Below, piece by piece: positions 52,232 through 62,707 of a stretch of DNA of 64,000 nt. The stretch spans positions 1,146,070 to 1,210,069 of the forward strand of contig OY760136.1 in assembly GCA_963663195.1 (NCBI GenBank). The letters run 5' to 3'. The stretch comes from Vicinamibacterales bacterium. Lineage in GTDB: Bacteria; Acidobacteriota; Vicinamibacteria; Vicinamibacterales; UBA8438. The notes under the pieces were generated by a model. That model saw only the letters and a program-made list of their open reading frames with translations, ran no database searches and was not told where the DNA came from. The translations under genes were made by a program, and so were the position numbers. The first letter of the stretch is position 1. Each line of letters opens with the position of its first letter.

Positions 52232-55200
52232 ATGCAGGCTACCGCGACAACGTCGCTGACGCTGCGGTCGATCCTCAAGTCGGCCGCCGAACGGGTCGGG
52301 CTGGGCGGTCCGGCGCCGGTCGTCGCCGGCCTGTCGCCGCCGGCGCAGGCGTTCGCGACCGCCGCGGCGGCCGCCGCGACGCCGGTGCTGCTCGTCCTGC
52401 CGTCGGACGGAGACGTCGAGCGGATGGTCGGCGACATCCGCTTTTTCCACGGTGCGCTCAGCGGCGTATCCGGCGCCGAGCTGGAGCGCGGCATTCTGCC
52501 GCTGCCGGCGCCCGAGGTCGATCCGTACCGCGGCATCGCCCCGCACCTCGACGTGGCATCGGCCCGCGGCCGCGCGCTGGCGGCCCTGGCCCGCGGCCGC
52601 GCGCGGGTCGTGGTCGCCTCGGTGCCGGCGTTGTTGCCGCGCGTCAGCCGGCCCGCCCGCCTGCTGGCGGCGACGCAGGATCTTGCCGTCGGGGCGGTCG
52701 TCTCACCGATGGCGCTCGGCGACCTGCTGGCCGACGGCGGATTCACGCCCGCGGATCCGGTCGACAAGCACGGCGAGTTCTGCATTCGCGGCGGCGTGGT
52801 CGACTTCTTTCCGGCCGGCGAGTCCCATCCGCTCCGCGTGGAGTTCGTCGGCGACATGATCGAATCGCTGCGGCGCTTCGATCCGGGCAGCCAGCGGTCC
52901 ATGGCGCTGCTCGACCGCGCCGCGGTCGTCCCGCTGCGGGACATGTTCGAGGACGCCGACAGCGGGGATGACCCGGTCTGGGACCGCGCGGCCAGCGTCT
53001 TCGACTACCTCGTCGGATCGCCGATGCGCATCGTCGTCCAGGATTCTGAGGCGTGCGCCGCGCGGGCGGATCGGCAGCTCGAACAACTCGATCGCACTTT
53101 CCGCACGGCGATGGACAGCGGCCGCAGCGTGGAGCCGCCCCAGGCATTGGCGCTGACGCAGGAAGAGATTGCGAAGCACCTGGCGCCGGCGGCACGGCTC
53201 GAGACCCTCGGTTTCGACGACGACGCGGGCGGCGCACGGCGCATCTCGTGTGAGCCGGCAGTCTCGTTCCACGGCCGGCTGGGCGACTGGGCGGCAGAGG
53301 TACGGACAATCCGGGACGCCGGGGAGACACAGCTGTTCATCGCCAGCACCGCCGGCCGGGCCGAGCGCGTCGGCGAGCTGCTCGAAGAGTACGACCTGCG
53401 CGCAGTGGCGGTCGACCGCGCGGAGATGACGAGCGCGGCGTGGCTCCTCGTGGCCACCGGCCAGTTGTCGCGCGGATTCCGGCTGCCGGAAGCCGGCCTG
53501 CGGATCCATACCGAGGCGGACCTGTTCGCCGAGCCGCGCAGCGCCTCCCGCCCGCCCGCCACGCGGTCGTTTCTGTCCAACCTGCGCGATCTGAAGGTGG
53601 GCCACCACGTGGTGCACGTGGACCACGGTATCGGCGTCTTCGTCGGACTCAAGCGGATGGCGGTCGGTGACGCGGCGCACGAGCTGATGGAGATTCGCTA
53701 CGACGGCGGGGACAAGCTGTTCGTGCCCGTGGACCAGCTCGACCTCGTCCAGAAATACACCGGCAGCCAGCGCCCGGCGCTCGACCGTCTGGGGGGCACG
53801 AGCTGGGAGCGGGCCAAGACGCGCGTGCGCAAGGCCATGCGGGACATGGCGCAGGAGCTGTTGCGGCTGTATGCCGCGCGCCGCGCCGTGACCGGCCACA
53901 GCTTCGCCGCGGATACCCATTGGCAGGAGGAATTCGAGGCGGCGTTCGAGTACGAGCTGACGCCCGACCAGGCGACGGCGGTCGCCGACGTGAAGCGCGA
54001 CATGGAAGCGCCCGAGCCGATGGACCGGCTGTTGTGCGGCGACGTGGGCTACGGCAAGACCGAAGTGGCGTTGCGCGCGGCGTTCAAGGCGGTGATGGAC
54101 GGCAAGCAGGTCGCGTTGCTCGCTCCCACGACCGTGCTCGTATTTCAGCACTTCAAGACGATCGTGGGCCGCTTCGCGGCGTTTCCAATCCGCATCGAGA
54201 TGGTCAGCCGTTTCCGCAGCCGGGCCGAGCAGACCACCATCCTGAAGGACGTCGCCGCGGGCCGGGTCGACGTGATCATCGGGACGCACCGCCTGCTCTC
54301 CAAGGACGTGCGTTTCCACGACCTGGGATTGCTGGTCGTGGACGAGGAGCAACGCTTCGGCGTGGCGCACAAGGAGCGGATCAAGCGCCTGCGGCACAAG
54401 GTCGACGTGCTGACCATGACGGCGACGCCGATTCCACGGACGCTGAACATGTCGCTGATGGGCATCCGCGACATGTCGATCATCGAGACGCCGCCGCGCG
54501 ACCGGCTGTCCATCCAGACAAACGTCGTGAAGTTCGACGGACCGGTGCTGGCCCGCGCGATCCGCACCGAGCTCGAACGCGGCGGCCAGGTGTATTTCGT
54601 CCACAACCGCATCGACAACATCGCCGCGGTCGCGGAGATGATCCGGCGGATAGTGCCCGAGGCGCGTCTGGCCGTGGCCCACGGGCGGTCGGGCGAAGCG
54701 GACCTCGAGCGCATCATGATCGACTTCGTCGCCCGCGCCTACGACGTGCTGCTCTCGACCACCATCATCGAGAACGGCCTCGACATCCCGAACGTCAACA
54801 CCATCATCGTGAACCACGCGGAGCGCTACGGCCTGGCGCAGCTCTACCAGCTGCGGGGCCGGGTGGGACGGTCCGCGCGGCGGGCCTATGCCTATCTCCT
54901 CGTGCCGCCCGCGGACAATCTGTCGCAGGTCGCCCGCCAGCGTCTGGCGGCCATCAAGGAGTTCAGCAGCCTGGGCAGCGGTTTTCGCGTGGCCGCGCTC
55001 GACCTGGAGATTCGCGGGGCGGGCAATCTGCTCGGCGCGCAACAGAGCGGGCATATCGAGGCGATTGGATTCGACATGTACCTGAAGTTGCTCGAGGAGA
55101 CCGTGCGCGAGCTGAAGGGGGAGCCGCCCGCGGACGATCAGCGCGCGGCCGTCAACCTCGGCGTCGACCTGCGGATCGACGAGCAGTACATCGTGGAAAC

Positions 55201-55609
55201 GAATCAGCGCCTGGCGCTGTACCGGCGCCTTGCGGCGGCGCGGGACGAGCAGGCGCTGGCCGCCGTGCTCGACGAAGTCGGCGACCGCTACGGCCCGCCG
55301 CCGCCCTCCGTCCGGCGGCTTGCGGAGTATGGACGGATCCGGATCCTGGCGGATCGGATGGGCGCCGAGGCGGTCGACCGCGAGCGGCATCTGCTCGTCA
55401 TACGTTTCGGAGACCGCGCCCGGATCGAGCCGGCGCGGTTGATCTCGTTCGTGCAGGCCCGTCCGGCGGTGACGCTCACCCCGCCGGCGGTTATTCGCAT
55501 CGACCTCGACGCGCTCGGGCCTTCCGGCGCCGAGGCCGGCGCGGCAGCCGGCGCCAGCGTCCTGGAGCCGATAGAGGCGGTGTTGCGCGAGCTGAGCGGC
55601 GGTGCGTAG
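52232..55609 (+). CDS. mfd: transcription-repair coupling factor
   Basis: 1125 aa. CarD/RID region (VGHHVVHVDHGIG), helicase motifs (GDVGYGKTEVALRAAF, DEEQRFGV), TRG motif region, C-terminal D7. Confidence 0.96.
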   Translation: MQATATTSLTLRSILKSAAERVGLGGPAPVVAGLSPPAQAFATAAAAAATPVLLVLPSDGDVERMVGDIRFFHGALSGVSGAELERGILPLPAPEVDPYRGIAPHLDVASARGRALAALARGRARVVVASVPALLPRVSRPARLLAATQDLAVGAVVSPMALGDLLADGGFTPADPVDKHGEFCIRGGVVDFFPAGESHPLRVEFVGDMIESLRRFDPGSQRSMALLDRAAVVPLRDMFEDADSGDDPVWDRAASVFDYLVGSPMRIVVQDSEACAARADRQLEQLDRTFRTAMDSGRSVEPPQALALTQEEIAKHLAPAARLETLGFDDDAGGARRISCEPAVSFHGRLGDWAAEVRTIRDAGETQLFIASTAGRAERVGELLEEYDLRAVAVDRAEMTSAAWLLVATGQLSRGFRLPEAGLRIHTEADLFAEPRSASRPPATRSFLSNLRDLKVGHHVVHVDHGIGVFVGLKRMAVGDAAHELMEIRYDGGDKLFVPVDQLDLVQKYTGSQRPALDRLGGTSWERAKTRVRKAMRDMAQELLRLYAARRAVTGHSFAADTHWQEEFEAAFEYELTPDQATAVADVKRDMEAPEPMDRLLCGDVGYGKTEVALRAAFKAVMDGKQVALLAPTTVLVFQHFKTIVGRFAAFPIRIEMVSRFRSRAEQTTILKDVAAGRVDVIIGTHRLLSKDVRFHDLGLLVVDEEQRFGVAHKERIKRLRHKVDVLTMTATPIPRTLNMSLMGIRDMSIIETPPRDRLSIQTNVVKFDGPVLARAIRTELERGGQVYFVHNRIDNIAAVAEMIRRIVPEARLAVAHGRSGEADLERIMIDFVARAYDVLLSTTIIENGLDIPNVNTIIVNHAERYGLAQLYQLRGRVGRSARRAYAYLLVPPADNLSQVARQRLAAIKEFSSLGSGFRVAALDLEIRGAGNLLGAQQSGHIEAIGFDMYLKLLEETVRELKGEPPADDQRAAVNLGVDLRIDEQYIVETNQRLALYRRLAAARDEQALAAVLDEVGDRYGPPPPSVRRLAEYGRIRILADRMGAEAVDRERHLLVIRFGDRARIEPARLISFVQARPAVTLTPPAVIRIDLDALGPSGAEAGAAAGASVLEPIEAVLRELSGGA

Positions 55610-55648
55610 CTCGGCGGGCGGGCGGCTGATAAGATTAGTGGCTCGGGC

Positions 55649-56752
55649 ATGGGGGTGATAGACGTGCGGAACTACATTGCGGGCGGCGCGCTCCTCGTTG
55701 CGGCGGCGGTGCTGGCCGGCGGCTCCCCGGCGGCCGCGCAGGTGCCGGCCGCGGCCAATCCGGACCCGTCCCTCCGCGTGATAGAGCGGATCCTGGTGAA
55801 GGTGAACGGCGAGATCATCACGCAGAGCGATCTGGAGGACCGGCAAGTCGGGGCCATCCGGGCGCGCGGCGTCCAGCCGTCGACGAACGCCGAGCTGATG
55901 CAGATCGTCAGGGAGGTGACGCCGGAGGTGCTGGCCGCCGCCGTGGAGGAGCTGCTGCTGGTCGAGCGGGGCAGGGAGCTGGGCTACCAGCTCTCTGACG
56001 AACAGTTCACCGACTATCTGGACAGCCTGAAGGAAGACAACGGCATCGAGTCGGACGAGCAGTTCATCGAAATGCTGAGCCAGCAGGAAGGGATGACGCT
56101 CGATGATTTCCGGCGCATGGTCGAACGCCAGATGCTGGCCGGCCAGGTGCAGCAGATCGAGATCCTGAACCGCGTCACGATTACCGACATCGAGGCCCGG
56201 GAGTACTACGAGGAGCACATCGAGGACTTCACCGAGCCCGCCACCGTCACGCTGCGCGAGATCCTCATCGCCGGCCCGGAGGATCCGGCCGCCAACCTGA
56301 TCGCCGACCGCCGCGCGCGCGGAGAGGCCGACGCGGTGCGGCAGCGCCTGCTCGACGGCGAGGCGTTCGAGTCCGTGGCGCGCGCGGCGTCCGACGCGCC
56401 GTCGAAGGACAACGGCGGCCTGATCGGTCCGTTCCGGATCGCCGAGGTTGCGGAGAGCATTCAGGAGCTGATTGCCACGCTCGAGCCGGGCGAGGTAAGC
56501 GAGGCGCGGCGCACGCCGCAGGGCTACCAGATCCTGCAGGTGGAAGAGTTGGTCGAGGACCTCGTGCGGCCATTCGAGGACGTGCGCGACGAGATCTCCC
56601 AGCTCGTTTTCGGCGACCGGCGGACGGCGGCGTACCGCGAGTATCTCGACGAGCTGTACGCGGAAGCAATCGTCGACTGGAAGAGCGAAGAGCTGCAAGT
56701 GGCGTTCGAACAGTTCCGGGAACGCACGGCGGCCGCCCTCCCGCAGGAGTAG
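55649..56752 (+). CDS. SurA/PpiC-type peptidyl-prolyl isomerase (periplasmic chaperone-like)
   Basis: 367 aa. Signal peptide, SurA-N-like domain, and one parvulin domain (ATVTLREILIA...DNGGLIGPF...PQGYQILQVEE). Confidence 0.85.
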   Translation: MGVIDVRNYIAGGALLVAAAVLAGGSPAAAQVPAAANPDPSLRVIERILVKVNGEIITQSDLEDRQVGAIRARGVQPSTNAELMQIVREVTPEVLAAAVEELLLVERGRELGYQLSDEQFTDYLDSLKEDNGIESDEQFIEMLSQQEGMTLDDFRRMVERQMLAGQVQQIEILNRVTITDIEAREYYEEHIEDFTEPATVTLREILIAGPEDPAANLIADRRARGEADAVRQRLLDGEAFESVARAASDAPSKDNGGLIGPFRIAEVAESIQELIATLEPGEVSEARRTPQGYQILQVEELVEDLVRPFEDVRDEISQLVFGDRRTAAYREYLDELYAEAIVDWKSEELQVAFEQFRERTAAALPQE

Positions 56753-56797
56753 CGGCGCCCCCGCCGCTTTCGAGGAACCCGTGGCGAAAGCCCCGCC

Positions 56798-57868
56798 ATG
56801 ACCATCGGCAACGTCCCGCTGGATCCGCCGTTTCTTCTGGCGCCGATGGCAGGGATGACGGATACCGCGTTTCGCCGCCTGGTGAAACGCCACGGCGGGT
56901 GCGGCCTGGTCGTCACGGAGATGGTCAGCTCCGAGGGTCTCGTGCGCGGCATAGACCGTACGCTCGAGTACGCGGAGTACACGGAGGAGGAGCGGCCCGT
57001 CTCCATCCAGATCTTCGGCGGTGATCCGGACAAGATGGCCGCGGCGGCGTGCATCGTCGAGGCGATGGGCGCAGACATCGTCGACGTGAACATGGGCTGC
57101 CCGGTGCCGAAGATCGCCAAGCACAACGCCGGTTGCAGCCTGATGCGGGAGCCGTCGCACGCGGCGGCCATCGTGCGCGCCATGAGCCGCGCGGTGCGCA
57201 TTCCGGTGACGGTCAAGATGCGCGCCGGGTGGGACGAGCGCGACATCAACGCGCCGGTGGTGGCGCGGCTGATGGAGGATGCGGGGGCAGCCGCGGTCGC
57301 GGTGCACGGCCGGACGGCGGCGCAGTCGTACAGCGGCGTGTCCGACTGGCGGCTGATAGAAACGGTGGCGGTCGGCGTGGGGATCCCCGTCTTCGGCAGC
57401 GGTGATTGCGTCACGGCCCGGCAGGTGGTCGAGCGCACCGCGGACACGCCGGTGGCCGGCGTGCTGGTTGGACGCGGCGCGCTGCGCAACCCGTGGATCT
57501 TCCGGCAGGCGGCGGCGCTGGCCGGCGGCGCGGCGGAGCCCGCCGTGACCGATGCGGACCGCGGACAGTTCCTGCTCGACTATATCGACATGCTGCTGCG
57601 CGAAGGGATGGACGAGCGGCGCGGCTTCCGGCACGTGGCGCCGGGCATGCCGCAGCAGCGCCGCCCGCGGCACGCCGCGGGGCGCGAGCGCTGGGTCGTC
57701 AACAAGCTGCGGGCGCTCGGGTCGTGGTACACGAAAGGCGTGCACGGCGGCTCGGCCCTGCGGACCGCGATCAACAGCGCCGCGTCGGTGGACGAGTTGC
57801 GGGCTGTCATACGGCGTTTTTTCCTTGCCCCCGAGCTGGCGCCGCCGCGCGAGGCGGTGCCGGGCTAG
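56798..57868 (+). CDS. dusB: tRNA dihydrouridine synthase
   Basis: 356 aa. LAPMAGMTDTAFRRL, DVNMGCPVPKI, VTVKMRAGWDE, AVHGRTAAQ motifs. The 19-bp half-copy of the family-A arm (CCCGTGGCGAAAGCCCCGC, 56778-56796) abuts its ATG. Confidence 0.92.
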   Translation: MTIGNVPLDPPFLLAPMAGMTDTAFRRLVKRHGGCGLVVTEMVSSEGLVRGIDRTLEYAEYTEEERPVSIQIFGGDPDKMAAAACIVEAMGADIVDVNMGCPVPKIAKHNAGCSLMREPSHAAAIVRAMSRAVRIPVTVKMRAGWDERDINAPVVARLMEDAGAAAVAVHGRTAAQSYSGVSDWRLIETVAVGVGIPVFGSGDCVTARQVVERTADTPVAGVLVGRGALRNPWIFRQAAALAGGAAEPAVTDADRGQFLLDYIDMLLREGMDERRGFRHVAPGMPQQRRPRHAAGRERWVVNKLRALGSWYTKGVHGGSALRTAINSAASVDELRAVIRRFFLAPELAPPREAVPG

Positions 57869-57978
57869 TCCTCCTTTCTCTCCTGCGCTCCACGCGCACG
57901 GCTGACCAGGCCGCAACAGCGGCGATTTGCACTGCTATGCTGGGTTGTAGGGGGCACAATGCTCCCGGGGAGGTTGGA

Positions 57979-58536
57979 ATGGTATCTGTCGCGTCGCTCT
58001 GGCTGCCGGTGCTGCTCTCTGCGGCGATCGTGTTCGTCGTCAGCTCCGTCATTCACATGGTGCTGACCTACCACAAGGCCGACGCGGGGCCGTTGCCCGA
58101 CGAGGACGGGGCCGCGTCGGCGCTGCGGCCGCTTGACATACCGCCGGGCGATTACGTGATCCCGTACGCGGCGGACTCCAAGGCGATGGGCTCGGCCGAG
58201 TACATCGAGAAGATGAAGAACGGGCCGGTCGCATTCCTCACGGTGATGCCGAACGGCTCGCCGGGCATGGGCAAGAGCCTCGGCCTGTGGTTCGGCTACT
58301 CCGTCGTCGTGGGCGCGCTGGCCGGCTACGTCGCGGGCCTGGCGCTCGGTCCGGGCGCCGAGTACGGCACCGTGTTCCGCATCGTCAGCACGGTTGCCTT
58401 CGCCGGCTACTCGTTGGCGATCCTCCAGAACACTATCTGGTGGCACCGCAGCTGGGGCTATACGCTCAAGACGATGTTCGACGGGTTGATCTACGCGCTG
58501 CTGACCGGCGGCGCGTTCGGCTGGCTCTGGCCCTGA
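57979..58536 (+). CDS. integral membrane protein of unknown function
   Basis: 3' part of track ORF 57406..58536, taken from the ATG at 57979 preceded by GGAGG (57970-57974). 185 aa with an N-terminal TM and 3 further hydrophobic segments. Confidence 0.6.
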   Translation: MVSVASLWLPVLLSAAIVFVVSSVIHMVLTYHKADAGPLPDEDGAASALRPLDIPPGDYVIPYAADSKAMGSAEYIEKMKNGPVAFLTVMPNGSPGMGKSLGLWFGYSVVVGALAGYVAGLALGPGAEYGTVFRIVSTVAFAGYSLAILQNTIWWHRSWGYTLKTMFDGLIYALLTGGAFGWLWP

Positions 58537-58547
58537 AGCCGACGAGG

Positions 58548-60701
58548 CTAGTCGAGGCCGCGGCGGGCCAGCAGCGGGGCGATGTCGGGCTCCCGCCCGC
58601 GGAACGCCCGGTACAGCTCCATGGCGTCGCGGCTGCCGCCGCGCGACAGCAGCATGCCCCGGAAGCGGTCGCCGTTCTCGCGCGTCAGCCCGCCGCTCTC
58701 CCTGAACCACTCGACGGTGTCGGCGTCCAGCACCTCGGCCCAGATGTAGGAGTAGTAGCCGGCCGAGTAGCCGCTGCTCCAGATGTGCGAGAAGTAGGTG
58801 CTGCGGTAGCGCGGCGGCACCGTTTCGAGCGCCACCCCCGCCGCGTCCAGCGCCGCCGCCTCGAACGCCACGACGCCGTCGGCAGCCGGCACCTCATCTG
58901 CCGCCAGCTGGTGCCATGCCTGGTCCAGCAGGGACGCGGCCAGGTACTCGGTAGTCGCGAAGCCCTGGTTGAACGTCTCGCTGGCCAGCACCTTGTCGAG
59001 CAGCTCGCCCGGCATCGGCTCGCCCGTCTCGTGATGCACGGCGTAGTTGCGGAGCACCTCCGGCCAGGTCGCCCACATCTCGTTCACCTGCGAGGGGTAT
59101 TCCACGAAGTCGCGCGGCACCGCGGTGCCGGAGAAATACGGATACCGCACGGCGGAGAAGAAGCCGTGCAGGGCGTGGCCGAATTCGTGGAACATCGTCT
59201 CCACTTCGTCGAACGTCAGCAGCGTCGGCTCGCCAGCCGGCGGCTTCGGGACGTTGAGGCAGTTGGCGACCACCGGCCTGGCGTCGAGCAGGTCCGACTG
59301 CGACACGAAGGAGCTCATCCACGCGCCGCCGCGCTTGGACGGCCGCGCGTAGAAGTCGGCCAGAAACAGCGCGAGCGGCTCGCCGTCGGCGTCGATGACG
59401 TCGAATACCCGTACGTCCGGGTGGTAGACCGGCAGGTCCGTGCGTTCCTGAAACGTCAGCCCGTACAGCCGGTTCGCCGCGTGGAACACGCCGTTCCGGA
59501 GCACGTTGTCCATCTCGAAGTAGGGGCGCAGTGCCGCGGTGTCGAAGGCGAACCGCTCGGCCCGCACCTGCTCGGTGAAATAGGCCCAGTCCCAGGCTGC
59601 GACCTCGTGGTCGAGGCCGCCGGCCGCGGCGATCGCCTGCAGGTCGCCTGCTTCCCGGCGCGCGTTCGCGACGGCTGCGGGCGCGAGGCTGGCCAGGCGT
59701 TCGTTGACCGCCCCTACCGTGCGCGCGGTCTGGCGTTCCAGGCTGTACGCGGCGTGGTTTGGATATCCGAGCAGGGCCGCGCGCTCGGCGCGCAGGCGCG
59801 CGATGCGCGACACGACCGTGCGGTTGTCGAACTCGCCGCCCTGGCTGCCGCGCGCCAGCGACGCTTCCATCACCCGCCGCCGCAAATTCCGGTTCTCGAG
59901 CGACGCAAGCGGCGGCTGGCCGCTCGTGTTCCGCAACGCGATCAGGAACTGCCCGTCGAGATCCCGGTCGGCCGCCGCGGCCGCCGCGGCCTCGATTTCG
60001 CTCTCGGTAAGCCCCGCCAGCGCTTCGCGTGCATCCACGGCCACGGCGGAAGCGTTCACCTCGCTCAACACGTTCTGGCTGAAGGTCGTCTCAAGTCCCG
60101 CCAGCTCCGCGTTGATCTCGCGTAGGCGCTCCTGCTCGGCCGCGGGCAGCTGTGCGCCGGCGCGCACGAAGTCGGTGTAGTACTCCTCGAGGAGCCGCCG
60201 CGACTCGTCGTCGAGGTCCAGCTCTTCGCGCTGCTCGTACAGCGCACGAACGCGCTCGAACAGCGCCGCGTTCAGCAGGATGCGGTCGCTGTGGGCCGAC
60301 AGCTTCGGCGCCATCTCGCTGCGGATCGCGTCCAGCGTGTCATTCGTGTCGGCGGAGGTGAGGTTGAAGAAGACCTGCGAGACGCGCTCGAGCACCCGCC
60401 CCGAGCGCTCCAGCGCCACGAGCGTATTCTCGAACGTCGGCGCCTCCGACGCGTCGGCAATCGCTTCGATCTCGGCAAGCTGTTCGGCCATGCCGCGCTC
60501 GAACCCCGGCCGGTAGAGGCTGTCGTCGATGCGATCGAACGGGGGATAGTGGAAGGGCAGGGGGCTCTCGTCGAAAAAGGGGTTTGCGTCCGTCACGGTC
60601 GCGGCTTCATCCATCGGTATCTCGGGCTCCGGCGGCGCGCAGGCGGCGGCCAGCGCCGCCGCGGCAACGGTCAATCCAAGCAGGTGTCGGTGGCGTCTCA
60701 T
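58548..60701 (-). CDS. dcp: M3-family peptidyl-dipeptidase Dcp
   Basis: 717 aa, lipoprotein-like signal (LAAAC). HEFGHALH zinc motif. Long collinear similarity to E. coli Dcp as I recall it (PYFEMDNVL...VYHPDVRVF..., GGAWM, PRYRSTYFSHIW, GGLTRENG). Confidence 0.9.
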   Translation of the reverse strand: MRRHRHLLGLTVAAAALAAACAPPEPEIPMDEAATVTDANPFFDESPLPFHYPPFDRIDDSLYRPGFERGMAEQLAEIEAIADASEAPTFENTLVALERSGRVLERVSQVFFNLTSADTNDTLDAIRSEMAPKLSAHSDRILLNAALFERVRALYEQREELDLDDESRRLLEEYYTDFVRAGAQLPAAEQERLREINAELAGLETTFSQNVLSEVNASAVAVDAREALAGLTESEIEAAAAAAADRDLDGQFLIALRNTSGQPPLASLENRNLRRRVMEASLARGSQGGEFDNRTVVSRIARLRAERAALLGYPNHAAYSLERQTARTVGAVNERLASLAPAAVANARREAGDLQAIAAAGGLDHEVAAWDWAYFTEQVRAERFAFDTAALRPYFEMDNVLRNGVFHAANRLYGLTFQERTDLPVYHPDVRVFDVIDADGEPLALFLADFYARPSKRGGAWMSSFVSQSDLLDARPVVANCLNVPKPPAGEPTLLTFDEVETMFHEFGHALHGFFSAVRYPYFSGTAVPRDFVEYPSQVNEMWATWPEVLRNYAVHHETGEPMPGELLDKVLASETFNQGFATTEYLAASLLDQAWHQLAADEVPAADGVVAFEAAALDAAGVALETVPPRYRSTYFSHIWSSGYSAGYYSYIWAEVLDADTVEWFRESGGLTRENGDRFRGMLLSRGGSRDAMELYRAFRGREPDIAPLLARRGLD

Positions 60702-60734
60702 ATCAAGCTAACCACTCTACCGCACCCGGACGCG

Positions 60735-61700
60735 TCAGACATGGTTGCGGAGCATCAGCTCCCGGGGATCGGGGTCGAGGTAGCGCTGGCCCAGGAGGTA
60801 CTGCACGTCCAGACGGCGCGCATGGTGGCCAACCAGCGTCAGCGGGACGATCAGCGGAATCAGCCCCCGGCGGTAGTCCTCGATGATGGACGCGAGATCC
60901 TGCCGGGCCGGCGCGTCCAGCGTTCGCTTGAAGTGACCCGCCGCGTGGTTCAGCACGTTTGCGTGCCGCGCGCGCGTAGCCGGCTTCGCCAGCGCCGCCA
61001 TTAGCTCGTCTTCGTAACGCCGCGCGAGCTCCGCGCGGGGAATCTGCGCGGCATCGGCCACCACCCGGCCCAGCTCCCGGTAGGCCGAGACGGAGTGCGC
61101 CATCAGGTCGAGCTTGTGCGCGGTATGGAACGCCACGAGGCCGCCGAGCTTCCACCGTCCCGAGAACAGCGCGCGCAGCGCCTGGTAGACGAATACGCGG
61201 ACGACGAAGTTCTCGCGGAGCTGCGGGTCGTGGAGACGGCCTTCCTCCTCGATCGGCAGGTTCCGGAATTGCCGCCGCAGCTCGGCCGCGAACAGGCCGC
61301 GCCCGGTCCGCTCGCGGGCATCATCGCGGCGCCACACCGCCACCCGCTCCATGCCGCAGCTGGGCGAGTCCTTCTTCAGGATGTACCCGCTCAGGTTCTC
61401 GCCGGCGAGCGCCCGCGCCCGCCGGCGGGCGAAGCGGCGCATGCGCTGCGTCAGGTCGAGGCCGGTCTTGACCGTCACCAGCCGCACGCCGTCCGTCACC
61501 CCGGCGTCGCGCACCAGGCGTATCGGCTCGCGCGGCGTGCCCAGGCCGAGCTCGGCCTCCGGGCAGACCGAGACCCATTCGACGAGCGGACCGAGCGTCT
61601 GGACCAGGAACCGATCGCGCTTGTGGCCGCCGTCGTAGCGCACCTCTTCTCCCAGCAGGCAGCTGGAGATCCCGATGCGCAGCGAAGGCCGGACGGTCAT
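60735..61700 (-). CDS. DUF523 + DUF1722 (YbgA-like) two-domain protein
   Basis: 321 aa. IGISSCLLGEEVRYDGGHK and VCPE (DUF523 N-terminus), then the helical YbgA-like C-terminal half. Confidence 0.75.
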   Translation of the reverse strand: MTVRPSLRIGISSCLLGEEVRYDGGHKRDRFLVQTLGPLVEWVSVCPEAELGLGTPREPIRLVRDAGVTDGVRLVTVKTGLDLTQRMRRFARRRARALAGENLSGYILKKDSPSCGMERVAVWRRDDARERTGRGLFAAELRRQFRNLPIEEEGRLHDPQLRENFVVRVFVYQALRALFSGRWKLGGLVAFHTAHKLDLMAHSVSAYRELGRVVADAAQIPRAELARRYEDELMAALAKPATRARHANVLNHAAGHFKRTLDAPARQDLASIIEDYRRGLIPLIVPLTLVGHHARRLDVQYLLGQRYLDPDPRELMLRNHV

Positions 61701-61742
61701 GATGCAGAGATGTTCTTATTATAGAAAGCAGGAGGGAACGTC

Positions 61743-62642
61743 ATGAACGTGCTGGTCAGCGGTTCGAGCGGATTGATCGGGTCGGCGCTGGCCCCCGCGC
61801 TGAGCGCGGACGGCCGCGCCGTCAGGCGCCTGCGGCGCGCGCCCGGGGGCGGCGCGGACGCGACGTCATGGAATCCGGACGACGGCACGTTCGCCGCGGG
61901 CGCGCTGGACGGCATCGACGCCGTGGTGCACCTCGCGGGGGAGAACATCGCCGGCGGGCGCTGGACGGCGGCCCGCAAGTCGCGCATCCGCGACAGCCGC
62001 GTGGAGGGGACGCGCCGCCTGTGCGCGGCGCTGGCCGCACTCGAAACGCCGCCGCGCGCGCTGGTTGCGGCGTCGGCCATCGGCTTCTACGGCGACCGGG
62101 GAGACGCGCTGCTCGACGAGTCGGCGTCGCCGGGGATCGGTTTCCTGCCGGAGGTGTCCCGGAGCTGGGAGGCCGCGGCAGCGCCGGCCCGCGAGGCGGG
62201 TATCCGCGTCGTGCACCTGCGGATCGGGATCGTGCTCAGCCCGGCCGGCGGCGCGCTGGGGCAGATGCTGCTGCCGTTCAAGCTGGGGGTCGGCGGCGTG
62301 CTGGGGTCCGGCGACCAGTACATGAGCTGGATCGCCCTGGACGACCTGGTGGGCATCGTGCGGCACGCGCTCGCGGACGAATCGCTGAGCGGTCCGGTCA
62401 ATGCCGTGGCGCCCCGGGCGGTCACCAACCGCGAGTTCACGCGGACGTTGGGACGGGTGCTGCGCCGCCCGACAATCCTGCCCGCGCCGGCGTTCGCACT
62501 GCGCATCGCCCTCGGCGAAATGGCGGACGCGCTGCTGCTCGCCAGCACCCGCGTCGACCCGGCGGCCCTGCGCGGCGGGAGCTTCGAGTTCCGGCACCCG
62601 GAGCTGGACGGCGCCCTCCGGCAGGTGCTCGACCGCGCCTGA
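61743..62642 (+). CDS. TIGR01777/YfcH-type NAD-dependent epimerase-like protein (DUF1731 C-terminus)
   Basis: 299 aa, AGGAGG 7 nt upstream. VLVSGSSGLIGSAL Rossmann motif, HLAGENIAGGRWT, C-terminal LLASTRVDPAAL...GFEFRHPEL. Confidence 0.85.
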   Translation: MNVLVSGSSGLIGSALAPALSADGRAVRRLRRAPGGGADATSWNPDDGTFAAGALDGIDAVVHLAGENIAGGRWTAARKSRIRDSRVEGTRRLCAALAALETPPRALVAASAIGFYGDRGDALLDESASPGIGFLPEVSRSWEAAAAPAREAGIRVVHLRIGIVLSPAGGALGQMLLPFKLGVGGVLGSGDQYMSWIALDDLVGIVRHALADESLSGPVNAVAPRAVTNREFTRTLGRVLRRPTILPAPAFALRIALGEMADALLLASTRVDPAALRGGSFEFRHPELDGALRQVLDRA

Positions 62643-62707
62643 TTTCCCTCGTCTGCCGCCCACATTGCCGTCCCGGATCCGGCCGCGGTTCGGTATCATC
62701 GGCAGCC

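Noticed and set aside
50746-52944. A 732-aa minus-strand ORF.
   Set aside because: Antisense to the Wzt-like ATPase and the start of mfd. Ser/Arg/Pro/Ala-rich and low in complexity. Shadow ORF.
52703-57916. A 1737-aa ORF on the minus strand, the longest in the track, spanning three genes and two spacers.
   Set aside because: It is exactly antisense to mfd, the SurA-like PPIase and dusB, all of which have unmistakable family motifs. Its peptide is Arg/His/Pro/Asp/Gly-rich and low in complexity, with no motifs. Stop-free antisense frames are expected in very GC-rich DNA. Shadow ORF.
62643-62707. Looked for a purine riboswitch upstream of the NCS2 purine permease.
   Set aside because: The spacer is only 65 nt and lacks the conserved three-way-junction core sequences (no UAUA...CUAC...-type loops). 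No support.
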